Shown here in pieces: positions 23,350-35,850 of a stretch of DNA of 64,000 nucleotides. The first letter of the stretch is position 1. Each line of letters starts with the position of its first letter. Source of the DNA: Octopus bimaculoides (taxonomy: Eukaryota); NCBI RefSeq assembly GCF_001194135.2, contig NC_068992.1, forward strand, positions 45,043,146 to 45,107,145, read 5' to 3'. The notes under the pieces are model-generated. The model was not told the DNA's origin, ran no database searches, and saw only the letters and a list, made by a program, of their open reading frames with translations. The position numbers and the translations under genes are program-made.

Positions 23350-23512
23350 AACCAAAGCTTATAACAATCGCTTAACAAGCAAAAATTATGGAGTATGTTA
23401 TAAAGATGAGATGAGAATATGTGACATGTATGTTCCCCATACATTATGGATAGAAGTGACATGAAATGGTTATGATTGATGTTAGAATTCCGATCTCAAC
23501 AAAGAAGTATCA
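23350..23512 (+). repeat. About 165-bp direct repeat, copy 1 (intron 5 of gene 2)
   Basis: Aligns with 25929-26096, with identical blocks such as accaaagcttataacaatcgctt and gatagaagtgacatgaaatggttatgattgatg. Confidence 0.92.
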
Positions 23513-23513
23513 T

Positions 23514-23683
23514 ATACGTAGTTGCTCAACAAATTAGAAAAAGGACCAAAAGCTTCCTCAAATTACACACTTTTAACTGAAAATATCAAGGACGTGTTAT
23601 CCAATGTATTCTAATTGCATATTGTGAATAAACAGGAAGATGGAATGCTTTGGCTGGAAAGAATTTACCATAACAACAACAAT
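23514..23683 (+). mobile_element. Short interspersed repeat, family D, with (AAC)n tail; related copies near 42325-42500 (-) and 56070-56270 (+)
   Basis: Shared blocks caaat(c/t)acac, aaggacac..t..(ga)taatgt, gatgg..atg and a terminal aacaacaac; the copies are highly diverged. Confidence 0.5.
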
Positions 23684-24237
23684 TAGTATTTCATCGTTCC
23701 TGGAAATCGATCCCAGCCGGATTTGAACTCATCACAATTTAATGATGTAACTAAATCCCAGCCCCAGAACAACTCTACCACCAATCCACTTTATCTGTTT
23801 GAAAGCTAAAAGCAATAACCGTGGGCAGGAAGAAAATGAAGTTTATTCTGCGATAGAGTTTGATATCTTTGAAGTCATTTCACTTCATTTACATTAATAA
23901 AGCCGTTGGTAAAGGCCTGAAAGCTGCACACTCCATCACCCCCTACTCTAAAATCTTCAGCCTCACTGCCAAGTTAACAAAATTACTAATACGGAAAGTA
24001 ATTAGTTAGCCAATTAATTAGCAATTAGTATGTCAATTATTAAATTAAACTTTGAATTCTGTCTGCTTACTCTTAATGCTATCTACTAATAATAGAGCAG
24101 TATAATCTGTTGAGCAACGGAAAAACTGCATCGCTGCATGCGTTCTTTTATGTTATGAGTTCAAATCACACCAGAATCACTTTGCCGTTTATTTCTTCCA
24201 GGTTCGATTAGTTAGCTACCAGTATATTTAATCGTCT

Positions 24238-24550
24238 AAGGCGGCGAGCTGGCAGAAAAGTTAGCACACCGGGCGAAATGCTTAGCGGTATTTCGTCTGT
24301 CTTTACGTTCTGAGTTCAAATTCTGCAGTGAACGACTTTGCTTTTCATCCTTTCGGAGCCGATAAATTAAGTACCATTCGCGTACTGGGGTCGATCTAAT
24401 TGACTGGCCTCCTTCCCCAAAATTTCGGGTTTTGTGCCTACAGTAGAAAAGCATTCTGAACCGATAAAACAAAATATAAGTCAAGTATGGGAGTTGATGC
24501 AATTGATAAACAGCTCCCCACCAGAAATTCTAGCTTTGTGCCTGTTAGAA
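24238..24550 (+). mobile_element. Family A SINE, consensus-like (24238-24450), followed by a diverged 3' half
   Basis: ggcggcgagctggcagaaaagttagcacaccgggcgaaatgcttagcggtatttcg...gagttcaaattc...gtagaaaag. Confidence 0.9.
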
Positions 24551-24747
24551 ATGATCATTAGTTGTAATATTGTTTCGTCACAAAAGTCTGGTTTCACCAG
24601 GACATTCTTAACAAACACAGGGTACTTATTCGATCTTGAACATTCTTTTTTGAAATTAAAGAGTCATAAAGTGAAATGGAGAAGACGTAGCGATTGAGAG
24701 GTGCCAACCGTCCTAACCAATATGTTCTTTTCTGCGTTTCTTTTTAG

Positions 24748-24912
24748 GGAGACTCTGGTGGACCTCTGATGTGTCATAGTGTGTCGGACAATAAGTTGGT
24801 GGTGGTCGGGGTGACATCATATGGTAATTATAAATGTAATACAGGCTTCACAGTCTACAGCAATGTGTCATATTTTGAAGATTGGATTGCTAACATAGGT
24901 TATGACAAATAA
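24748..24912 (+). CDS. S1A serine protease gene 2, exon 6 with Ser195 (GDSGGPLMCHSVSDNKLVVVGVTSYGNYKCNTGFTVYSNVSYFEDWIANIGYDK*)
   Basis: Acceptor tttctttttag at 24746-24747; GDSGGP; TAA at 24910-24912; the six exons total 780 nt, 259 aa plus stop, with no frameshift. AATAAA at 25024-25029. Confidence 0.96.
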   Translation, partial: GDSGGPLMCHSVSDNKLVVVGVTSYGNYKCNTGFTVYSNVSYFEDWIANIGYDK

Positions 24913-25928
24913 GGAAAAATACCTGCAAGATTTAGCGTTTAGTCAACAGCGATTAGATGGCAACCGTGGGGATTGAAACTTAGACAACTATATTGAAGAG
25001 AGACAATAACAAAATTTAAAAGCAATAAATAGCTATAAGCAATCAAGGATATAACTTAGTCCTTAACTATGATGTGTAAAACTAAACAAAATAATATATC
25101 AAATTTCATTTTGACTACTTGTTTTGCTTTTCATTTTTTACCTTTGTTAATTTTCAGGCAATTTTATATCCCATTATGTAGTAGTTGTTATTGATGTTTG
25201 TGCTAATAATGATGTTTACCTATTAATGAATCAGAGAAGGAGGAGGAGCTAATACAAGTGCGGTGACCTATGAAGCCATTCTTTGAGTAGTGAGATCAAT
25301 ATAGTTTATGTTGTTGGAACATGGCCACTTCTCATTCTGTCACATATCAAAGAGTCTATTAGTGAAATCAAGGAATGGTTCTATCAATACTTTAACTGTA
25401 ACTATTCTATCATTATTTTGAGGTGAGTGGTGATGTTCTGAAATCTATAATCAGTACAGAACATTACTTTGGCCAAAACATATATAGTTGCATAGTCAGC
25501 GTTTATAAATTATTTTCATGAATCTAGATGAATGAAAATCTAAGTGGATAGCGCTGATAGTATTTGAACAGAAGATGTGGCGAAAGGAAAATTAAATGAA
25601 AACATTGTTTTTTGGGGGATGGCCATAATTTGCTAAACATAATATATAGTGCGTGTATTAGATTGGCGAAATATTACCATCCCCAAATATAATAATAAAT
25701 GTTTCAGCATACCATTTCGCATCAAGAATCTTTCAAAACAAGTACGTAAACGTAAATGAAAATATTTTGATCAATACATCTGTTTCAGACATTCTAAGTT
25801 TTCGATATTAATAGCGAATCCACTGGCAGTAATCGAACCTCCTGTTTCTCATTCAGATGTTCTACCATACTCAACTTGGTGAGCTTACAGATATCAGTAT
25901 ATAAATAGCAACTGTACCCTGTTCTATA

Positions 25929-26096
25929 AACCAAAGCTTATAACAATCGCTTCCTTGACAAACAAGGATTTATGGATTATGTTACAAAGATAAGATGAGT
26001 AGTTGTGACATGTGTGTTCCCCATGCATTGGGGATAGAAGTGACATGAAATGGTTATGATTGATGCTAGAATTCCGATCTCAACAAAGAAGTATCA
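25929..26096 (+). repeat. About 165-bp direct repeat, copy 2 (downstream of gene 2)
   Basis: Aligns with 23350-23512. Confidence 0.92.
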
Positions 26097-28575
26097 CCCC
26101 AGCCGCTCCTTTTCTATTTTTATAGAAATATTATCCTTTATCTTATTATTTAGACAGACCTTACTGTGGATAGACAATGGAGCAGGAATTGTAATATTCT
26201 TTCCTTCAGAATTAAATGCAAATAACTTAATTTTTCTTCAACTGAAATTGAAATCGTGATGCTGCCTCCTCCTGTCTGAAGATAATTTCTTTCTTAACAC
26301 CTCAGCAATACTTCTGCTTTCAAAATCGTTGTCTTTTGACCAGGAGCAGAACCATGTTCAATTATGGAAGAGAATATAATATTTTGTGGCAGGTATGCCT
26401 TTCCAAAGTACATTAATTGTATAAATGATGTGAAGTGCATTTAACTGAGTTTTGAAACCGTGTTGTTTCTTAGTTTACCGGAAACTTAACTCTTCACTGT
26501 TAGTCCAACTTCTTTCCCACACTGGCTCGAGATCAGAAAATGATTGACAGGAAGTAATACAATTTCAGACAGATGAATACAAAACACAGCTCTGTCACCA
26601 TTTGAACTCAAAAGGAAGTGGTACGTAACCAAGTGCTGAAAGCCATATCGTCACGAACACTTCAGTGTATCTAATTGACCAATCACTCACTCAATTGTCC
26701 CCTTCTTTCTTGTATTTCTTCCTTCTGACCATCCTTCCCCACTACATCTACATTTGATGTACTTAAATAATGTATAAATATATTTACAAAAACATTTAGA
26801 TGAGACTGTATAATGATAGATGACTAGAAACAAACTTTATCCAAAGACTAAATTAATGGTGTAAGTAAAATAACTATAAAACAAGGAATCGATCGAAGAA
26901 AGTCTGGGAAAACAAATTAGAGGTAGGCAACCATTTATATAGTCATTCGGATTTTCAAACTGACAGTGTGGTGAAATTTAGTAATGATTCCAATACACTA
27001 AAAGTGTACAAAAAGAAAGAAGGTTTTCAAATTGCAATTTATTAGCTGTAGTTATGTTATATATATTTGTGTGTATAAATATATATATATATATATACAT
27101 GTATCTGAATACATGAATATGTATGCATATGTGTGTGTCTGCACGCGTGCTTGGTTTTACAACATGAAATTATTAAGTTGTCAGTGTATTTATTGAAGTG
27201 GGGAAAATAAACATTACAATATTTTGCATTTCTATTTTTCATAGAAAAAAATTATATTTTCTTTAAATATAGACTGCATCCAAAGATGTTTTCTAAATAA
27301 TACCTTTAAAGATTTCCTGAAAACTTTTGCAACTAGCCTCCAGAGATTATGGAAATGACACACCTACATTCTTTCCTCATTTTTAGGCCTCTTAAAACAT
27401 TTGTTTTTCCTCATTCACATTTTTTATTTGAAATGTTGCTAGAGACAAAAGCTCCTGCCTAGCAGAAACTGGATTATCAACTAGCAAGTCGGTAGCTACC
27501 AGTTTCTCCTCGCTAACCTCATCTGTCCGTTCTATTTCCAATGTATGTAGGTCACTGTGACCCACCCCCAATATCTGTAGCAAGATACAAATAGATTGGT
27601 ATATTTCACAATAAGTGGAGGCAGCATTATAAATAGTATGAATGTTACATTGAATTCAGGCCCCGAGTTGAGCTCGGGTGGTCATTTCTATAAGCTTTTA
27701 AGACTAATAGGTTACTTATTGATGGCTGGCTCTGTGTCACATATTAATAGATGTCTCAGATAATAGGATATTTATTGATGGATATCTTCGTTAATTGGTA
27801 ACCTATTGAAGGATAACTCTGATAATTGATGGACGTCACACGTAATAGGACTCGTATTGTAGAATGGCTTTGATGATTGGTCGCTTATTGAGGAATGAGT
27901 GTGATAATAGCTGGATGTCTTTTATAGTTGATCTGTTACTAATGGATATTTCTGATAATAATTTATTGAGGGATGGCAATAATTATAGAGCAAAAGGATG
28001 ACCACGGAAGAACAAAGTCTATGGTTTTGAATGTCTCCTAAATCAACAAGTATTTCGAATAATGAAAGAATTGGTCCGAATTATAATGGTAATTATCATG
28101 GTGAAAATTGCGAAGATGTCGGTTGACTAAATTACAGAACCAGCACTGGTACATAGTGGTAACAATTTTACATCACAAACATTATTTGATATTGTTAGGA
28201 AAGCCATTTAGGACACAGTACACCGGTTCCTCTCCACGCAAATTTAGCAAAAAAAAATCTATATTCAAAATTGCAGGGCGTAGCAATAAGTAGGAACATA
28301 AATGGCGGCATCATCAGTTTCGGTGGAATTCAAGAACAGTCAATCACAGCAAGTGTAATATAATTATGTTCACCAACTTAAAACTGAAGACTTGTGTCGG
28401 CAATTTCTTTTCAAATTATTTCCCACCATTATTGACAATTTTATTGTTTTGTTCTACTAAATTAAGCAACTTTAAAAATTCAATTGAATTGTAGCTTTTC
28501 CTAATCAATAGTACGCATCAATAATAAAGATGATGCTGCGATGACGACGATGGTGTTAAGGGGGAGGATGGTGGA

Positions 28576-28591
28576 GATAATGATAATAATG

Positions 28592-28668
<77 letters not shown>
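28576..28668. repeat. (AAT)n microsatellite
   Basis: About 30 near-perfect AAT units directly 5' of the LINE fragment. Confidence 0.97.
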
Positions 28669-28669
<1 letters not shown>

Positions 28670-28966
28670 TCGTATATGCCAACAACAAAATGAGACCATC
28701 GATCATGTTGTCTCCATGTGCAGTCTGCTTGCGCCTACAGAGTATCTCAACAGGCATGATAGAGCTGCACAATATATTCACTGGGTAATATGCAAAAACC
28801 TGGACTTGCCCCATGATAAAAACTGGTGGGAACACAAACCACCCCCAGTACTTGAAAATGATCACATTGCACTCCTCTGGAACTTCACCATTCAAACTGA
28901 CAGAAAGATAGACGCAAATAGGCCAGACATCATACTGAAAGACTTCAGACAAAAATCATGCCTCCT
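28668..28966 (+). mobile_element. 5'-truncated R4/Dong-like non-LTR retrotransposon (CCHC knuckle and restriction-like endonuclease); 3' end in the gap
   Basis: Uninterrupted frame CRICQQQNETIDHVVSMC (C-X2-C-X8-H-X4-C), then RHD, IHW, LLWNFTIQTD and RPDII, the RLE motif order. Confidence 0.9.
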
Positions 28967-29946
28967 NNNNNNNNNNNNNNNNNNNNNNNNNNNNNNNNNN
29001 NNNNNNNNNNNNNNNNNNNNNNNNNNNNNNNNNNNNNNNNNNNNNNNNNNNNNNNNNNNNNNNNNNNNNNNNNNNNNNNNNNNNNNNNNNNNNNNNNNNN
29101 NNNNNNNNNNNNNNNNNNNNNNNNNNNNNNNNNNNNNNNNNNNNNNNNNNNNNNNNNNNNNNNNNNNNNNNNNNNNNNNNNNNNNNNNNNNNNNNNNNNN
29201 NNNNNNNNNNNNNNNNNNNNNNNNNNNNNNNNNNNNNNNNNNNNNNNNNNNNNNNNNNNNNNNNNNNNNNNNNNNNNNNNNNNNNNNNNNNNNNNNNNNN
29301 NNNNNNNNNNNNNNNNNNNNNNNNNNNNNNNNNNNNNNNNNNNNNNNNNNNNNNNNNNNNNNNNNNNNNNNNNNNNNNNNNNNNNNNNNNNNNNNNNNNN
29401 NNNNNNNNNNNNNNNNNNNNNNNNNNNNNNNNNNNNNNNNNNNNNNNNNNNNNNNNNNNNNNNNNNNNNNNNNNNNNNNNNNNNNNNNNNNNNNNNNNNN
29501 NNNNNNNNNNNNNNNNNNNNNNNNNNNNNNNNNNNNNNNNNNNNNNNNNNNNNNNNNNNNNNNNNNNNNNNNNNNNNNNNNNNNNNNNNNNNNNNNNNNN
29601 NNNNNNNNNNNNNNNNNNNNNNNNNNNNNNNNNNNNNNNNNNNNNNNNNNNNNNNNNNNNNNNNNNNNNNNNNNNNNNNNNNNNNNNNNNNNNNNNNNNN
29701 NNNNNNNNNNNNNNNNNNNNNNNNNNNNNNNNNNNNNNNNNNNNNNNNNNNNNNNNNNNNNNNNNNNNNNNNNNNNNNNNNNNNNNNNNNNNNNNNNNNN
29801 NNNNNNNNNNNNNNNNNNNNNNNNNNNNNNNNNNNNNNNNNNNNNNNNNNNNNNNNNNNNNNNNNNNNNNNNNNNNNNNNNNNNNNNNNNNNNNNNNNNN
29901 NNNNNNNNNNNNNNNNNNNNNNNNNNNNNNNNNNNNNNNNNNNNNN

Positions 29947-29990
<44 letters not shown>

Positions 29991-30509
29991 AGTCTTGTAA
30001 TTTTCAGATGTGTATGTTAACAGAAGTAATTTTCGTTGCAGACAATTTGATAGGACCGGGTAATTTGCTATGACATGTATACAATGAGACACACGAGGGA
30101 TGAGTGTATAGATAAGTTTGTATCTATAGGCAAATGTGCCTATATCCAATTGCTAAATCTACAGCTAAGAAATATTTCAACAGTCAAGCACACTTAGTAG
30201 TAAATAAGTATTCTAGAAATGTACACAGGGTTGTTGAAAGTTTTGTCATAGTAGCTTCTCCTGTCAGTGTTGCTTAAGAGAAGAATGGACTACATCATTG
30301 ATTGTACCTCCCTAGACTACTCTGAATACAGTGGACTTTATCAAACTCACTGACCCTTCCATGAACAAAACAGAGTATAGTGGACTTGTTAACTTGATGA
30401 ATAAAACTGTCTGTTCCCTCAATTATCCATATTTGCGTTGCGATCGTCAAATATGTGTGTCCTGGACTGTTTGAGTGTGTGTGTATATTTGTTCGTGGGT
30501 CTTGTATCG

Positions 30510-30806
30510 AAGGCGCGTGGCTCAGTGGTTAGGGTATTCGGTTCACGATTGTAAGATCATGAGTTCGATTCCCGGCAACGCGTTGTGTCCTTGAGCAAGA
30601 ATTTTATTTCACGTTGATTCAGTCCACTCAGCTGGCAAAAATTAATTGTATCTGTATTTCAAAGGGCCAGCCTTGTTACATTATGTCTTCCTGAGAACTA
30701 CGTTAAGGGCCCATGTGCTTGTGGAGTGCTCAGGCACTTGCACGTTAATTTCACGAGCAGACTGTTCTGTTGTTCGGATCCACTGGAACCCTCGTCGTCG
30801 TATCCG
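30510..30806 (+). mobile_element. Family C SINE, full length
   Basis: A-box ggctcagtggttagg and B-box gagttcgattccc; homologous to 4189-4494. Confidence 0.92.
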
Positions 30807-31294
30807 ATTTTTCTTCGTGTTCTTTTATGACTTCCTTGGTGTCTGTTCAGATCAGTAAAAGTTTCATCTCCTCGATCAACTTTTGCCCAGTCTCAGGACC
30901 TCATCTTCCGGATAAAATTATCTGAAGTATGTTACTCCTAATTTAGAATAAGTTGTGTCTGTGGGATTAATGCTGATATTAACATCGAAATTTGACGTTT
31001 CTACCATTAGAATTTTTATCAGTTAGGTACTTTTGTTTACCTGATGATGTTCCTTGTAAGTTTTCTTTTGCCGTTTGATGTTCTATGAGCATTNNNNNNN
31101 NNNNNNNNNNNNNNNNNNNNNNNNNNNNNNNNNNNNNNNNNNNNNNNNNNNNNNNNNNNNNNNNNNNNNNNNNNNNNNNNNNNNNNNNNNNNNNNNNNNN
31201 NNNNNNCTGATGATGTTCCTTGTAAGTTTTCTTTTGCCGTTTGATGTTCTATGAGCATTGGTCCTGTCAGTAATTGTATTTGTTTTAAGAAAAC

Positions 31295-31490
31295 AGGCGT
31301 GGCTGTGTGGTAAGAAGGTTCCAGGTTCAGTCCCACTGCGTGGCCCCTGCACAGGGTGTCAGTCCGTCGCAGGGTAACTCATTTAGACCTGATCGGCTGG
31401 AGCAAGCTGAAATGAAGTGTTTTGCTCAAGAAAACATTGTACTGTCCGGGAATAGAAATACGATCTTGCAATTGTGAGTGTTATGCACTA
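31295..31490. mobile_element. Chimeric SINE remnant: family B head (+) fused to a family C-type 5' half (-)
   Basis: ggcgtggctgtgtggtaagaag...ggttcagtcccactgcgtggc followed by sequence similar to 39380-39520. Confidence 0.7.
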
Positions 31491-34400
31491 GTAAAGAAGC
31501 ACACGACTTCGCGTACGTGTATGTATGTATGTATGTATGTGTGTATGTATGTATGTATGCATGCATATATGTATGTATGAATGTATGTATGCATAAATGT
31601 GTGTATGTATAAATACTTGTATTCATACATTCACATGAATCCATACATATGTATTAGGTATGTATATGTCTATTTGTTTGATGATGATTACTCACTTTGG
31701 CAGCGCCCACAGCTAATTTCTATGTACGAATATTTATATACTAATATTTATATGTATGTATATGTATGTATATGTTAGCATGAGTGTGAATGCGTTTATT
31801 TGAATATACATGTAGACAAAAATCCTCTGGTGTCCAAACTAAAATCGTTATAAAGTGTTGCATTCTTCTCGTCAAGTAGGTTTTATTCTGTTGCAAAAGA
31901 AACATCTGAACATATCTGTATTTGTGCATACAAATGTTAAATTTTCTTGATAAAAGGCTTTCGCAGCTGGTGTAACTTAAAATAGTTGATTCATACCCTC
32001 TTAATCTTACCAAAAGGAGAACAAAAACATTGATTATCGCTAGCAACAAAATATCTTTCTCGGACATATAATTCATCTCGTATATGAAAAAAGAATAACT
32101 GTCCTTAAAACGGAAACTATTATTTTGCATCATAAGACAAACAGCCATTTTAAAATAAGTGTTTGGTCTCGAATCGTTTCGGCTTGTAGATCTTATGTTT
32201 CCTCTTGAAACAGCTTTTTAACTAAAACCTATTTAATGGAAATAACCTTCAAGCTACACAGTATTTTAGGATACTTTCAAATGGAATGAGAAAGTATGTT
32301 TTATTTTCTAATTTCTTATTGCATTCGTTTTGATTTCGCTTTTTTTTATTCGTTTTGAAATTGCATCCATTTTTAAGTAAAACGATCGCTTGTTCACTAA
32401 CTTTTCATTCCCGCCACATTGTGCTGTTCCGAAGCATTTAGTTCCGCTATCGTTACACTTTGCTCTCTTCTATCTCATGCTTCTTTAGATTACTTTACTA
32501 CTTTATTGCTAAATAAAATTGATTCCAATAAAACGGATGTTATTATTTAACACTCAACTCACGAGTCAAACAATCATTTGTTTGTTGATTAAAAAATATA
32601 AGTGAAAATCATTTTAAATCTTCCTGGAAATATTGTAACTTTATTGCTGTTTGCTTCAGCATTCTTGTTGAATAAAAATAAATAATTTTCTACTGTCTGT
32701 TTTTTTTTCTCTTTTTTCTTTTTTGTTTTATTCAATCGAGATATGTATTGTACTTACAAATGTGCAAGGAATATTGTGTACATAAATCTGAGTTACACTA
32801 AATCTTTTATACTTGTGAAGAGATCAGAAAATAAATATGTCAAACAGAAATGTCAAGCAGGTTTCAAATGTTTTCAAACTTTGTGTGTCTGTGATGTAAT
32901 GGGCTGAAATGAAATTATGAGGTTGATAATTTAGGGACGAAACTGTAACAACGAGCAGAGACATAATTTTGAAACAGAAGCGAACATTATAGGTAATATT
33001 ATTGATAATATTGTGTATAAGTGAAATATTAAGATGTTAATCCATATCGTGAGAAGAGTGTTTATAGGAGACTGATCATATTAGTATCAGCTGAATGGTT
33101 AGTGATGTGTAATGTGTATTGTGGGTTTCAACAGCATGTCCTACCTAAGTAGAGGAATAGTTTACACAGAATTGTGAAATTCTCTGATTTAAGTAGAGAC
33201 AATTCTATAAAGCTAAATAGGTAAATGAGGCCAACGCTCTAGCCAGAAAAAAGAGCCATCGTTCATTCATTAAATGTCCCAGATATAACAGAAACACGTG
33301 TCGCTGGTACCACTTATTTTTGTTTTTTAGTTCTATAGATTGTTGTGAAGTTTAACAGAGTGTTGTCAGATATGTCGATGTATTCCCTGTGCCAATTGCA
33401 ATAAAAGCTAAGGACAATAGTGGCATTTACACTGCCGTTCGAGAGAAAGCTGTTGATGAAAGTTCAGATGAAAAGATAGATGGTTTTATGATGTTTAAGC
33501 GGAAATGAAACGGATCATCTACAAACTCCAAGAATCCATGATACTGATGTAAACAGCACCAGTAGCCGACATAAAAATAAGGAAACACTTTCCTGCAAAT
33601 GTGGGTTACTATTTTGCGGAAGAGAACTATCCGATCCAAATGATGCCATCATTGATATGCCAGAACGGAAGTGGACGTTAGTGGTAAACCAATAAGTACA
33701 ATATTTTTGCTGTATTTGCACGATCTTTTTAAGAGTTACTCAGATATGGAGTTGTATAAACCTTCCGCGACAATATGTCTGAGTTATTTATGAAACCATT
33801 CTTTCTCACAGTTCGCCCTTTGAACTACTTGACAGTCTTGAGCCCCAAGAGCAGATGAAATTGAGCAGCAGGTATCAGGGTTGTCTCCAACTGCTGACAT
33901 TTGGACATCAAGGTTCGGTGGAAGCGCCATACTTAGCTGCTATGAAGGATTAGTGAAAGTTACGAATTAAGATGTGTAAAGCAAAACTCTTGAGCAGCGA
34001 GATCTAAACTATGTAATTGTGAAATAAACTTCTTAACCTCACAACTATTTCTGAGGCTGTCCTGATTAATATTTCCACTACAGCAACTCTAAACCAGTTG
34101 ATTTTAATTGAACTCGGTTCTTTAGATAATTGATTCAGGTTGCTGTCACGTCTCACTTACCATGCGCTGGTCTTCTAATTCTACTGCAACATTCTGTTTT
34201 TCAATCTTTGCGAAATTAGATAACAATAAGAGAAGGGAATATGAGGAAATTATCTGAATTCAACGTATTTACATAAGATTGTAATCAGCAGCACTGAATG
34301 AGTAAATGTGGAATGTTTTCTTAGTTTTGGTCACATCTCAAATACATCCCCCTCTACCATGTATATGGAGCTGATTTTTAATTGGCTGCTACCCCTTTGA

Positions 34401-35597
34401 TGACACTGAAATGACAAAAACATAGATATTATCTGTAACTCGCTACTTGAAAGTTGGTTGCGAAATATTAAACATATGTGTGTAATGAGTGCTTGTATAT
34501 GTGTGCTTATGTTCACCGGTGTAAATTAGTGTTCGAATTGCATCTTTTTACTGAAACCGTAACTTTGTACCTTCACAAAAACATATCAATAATTATCGAT
34601 AAAATTAAGTACTAAATGAGTTCTGAAACCAATAGTGTTGGCTAAATATCCCTGACGGGGGTGTCCCAGCACGACGGCAGTCCATTGACTAAATCAGTGA
34701 AAGTTTATTTCATTTCACAGTACTTTCAAGATGATCTGTTATTTATTATTTCCAATAATATTAGTAGCGACGCAAACCATTACCAGTTCCTCCCAAGTTG
34801 ATTACCAGTAAACATCACTGTTGGTGGTCAGTCGACCATATTCCTCCCGAGTTGCTCGTTCTTTCTAACGGTAAACATTTAAGTATTATCTCCTAATATC
34901 AAAGAAATGCAACAATAAGCAAAAGGTTAATAGGTTTAACATTTCTACCAATAGATTAATTTCAAAAGGTTATCTAAGTACATGTAAAAAATAAAGTGTA
35001 AATACGATCCAATAATCGATAACAATTTGAATACCTTGTCAACTTGTTAACAAGAGAATCTTTGTCTTCTGTATGACTTACTCTGTCACCAATAGATTTT
35101 ACCTATCTGGCGTTGATTTGCGCTGTTGACATTACATATTTGCAAAGTAACGCCTACTTTACTAATCATCATATCGTTTCACCCCACTTAAATACATTAT
35201 GCTTTAAAACTCTAGAAAGTAATTTGAAACGCCGAAGAAAATATTTATTAATAAGCTTATTTAACTCCAGGATGGTGCTGAAGAAACCTTATAGGTTTTA
35301 TGTTACATTTGTTGAAGTACGTCCACTACATTCTGACTCCAAATCACATTGAAACCAATTTTACTATTCATTTCTGTAGTTTTGTTAAAATGACAAACAT
35401 GTAAGTCAGTTTTACAAATTTGACGTTAACGTGTTATATCAATTGAAGAAATCTCTGACTTTATTTATTAACTTATTTTTCAAGTGGCAGAAGCTATAGG
35501 GCTAATGATAAGATTCAGGCCTATAAACCCTCTGACCCTGTTTCGATCCCTTTTTGAATTGTGATTTTCCTGAATGGATAAAAAACACAAACGGTAC

Positions 35598-35850
35598 GTC
35601 ATCGCCAAATGTCTGCTGAATCTTCTGGATGGTTTGAGCTTGAATATCACCAAGCTTTTGGCAAAACTTGATGCAATATCTCTGCTCGACGCTTTGGTCA
35701 TCTTACATGAAAACGAAAATCCGACGAGTGCACTCTACACGTCTTTACTTTAGGCACAATAGCCGGGAACTCGCGCGACCTAGTGGCGCAATTACTTTTC
35801 CACACGCGCAGAAATGGTGCCTTCGTCGAGTTCTACGTATCCATATAAAC
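35598..35850 (-). mobile_element. Mariner transposase 5' remnant
   Basis: With one frameshift the minus strand reads MT..VEQRYCIKFCQKLGDIQAQTIQKIQQTFGDD, the mariner N-terminal HTH signature (EQRxxIKFCxKLG). Confidence 0.82.

Noticed and set aside
28518-28952. 144-aa minus ORF with poly-Leu
   Set aside because: Antisense shadow of the LINE fragment plus the (ATT)n repeat.
30510-30585. tRNA-like sequence with A and B boxes (also at 39470-39538 and 44022-44090)
   Set aside because: It continues directly into SINE core and tail and has no proper acceptor stem, so these are SINE heads rather than tRNA genes.
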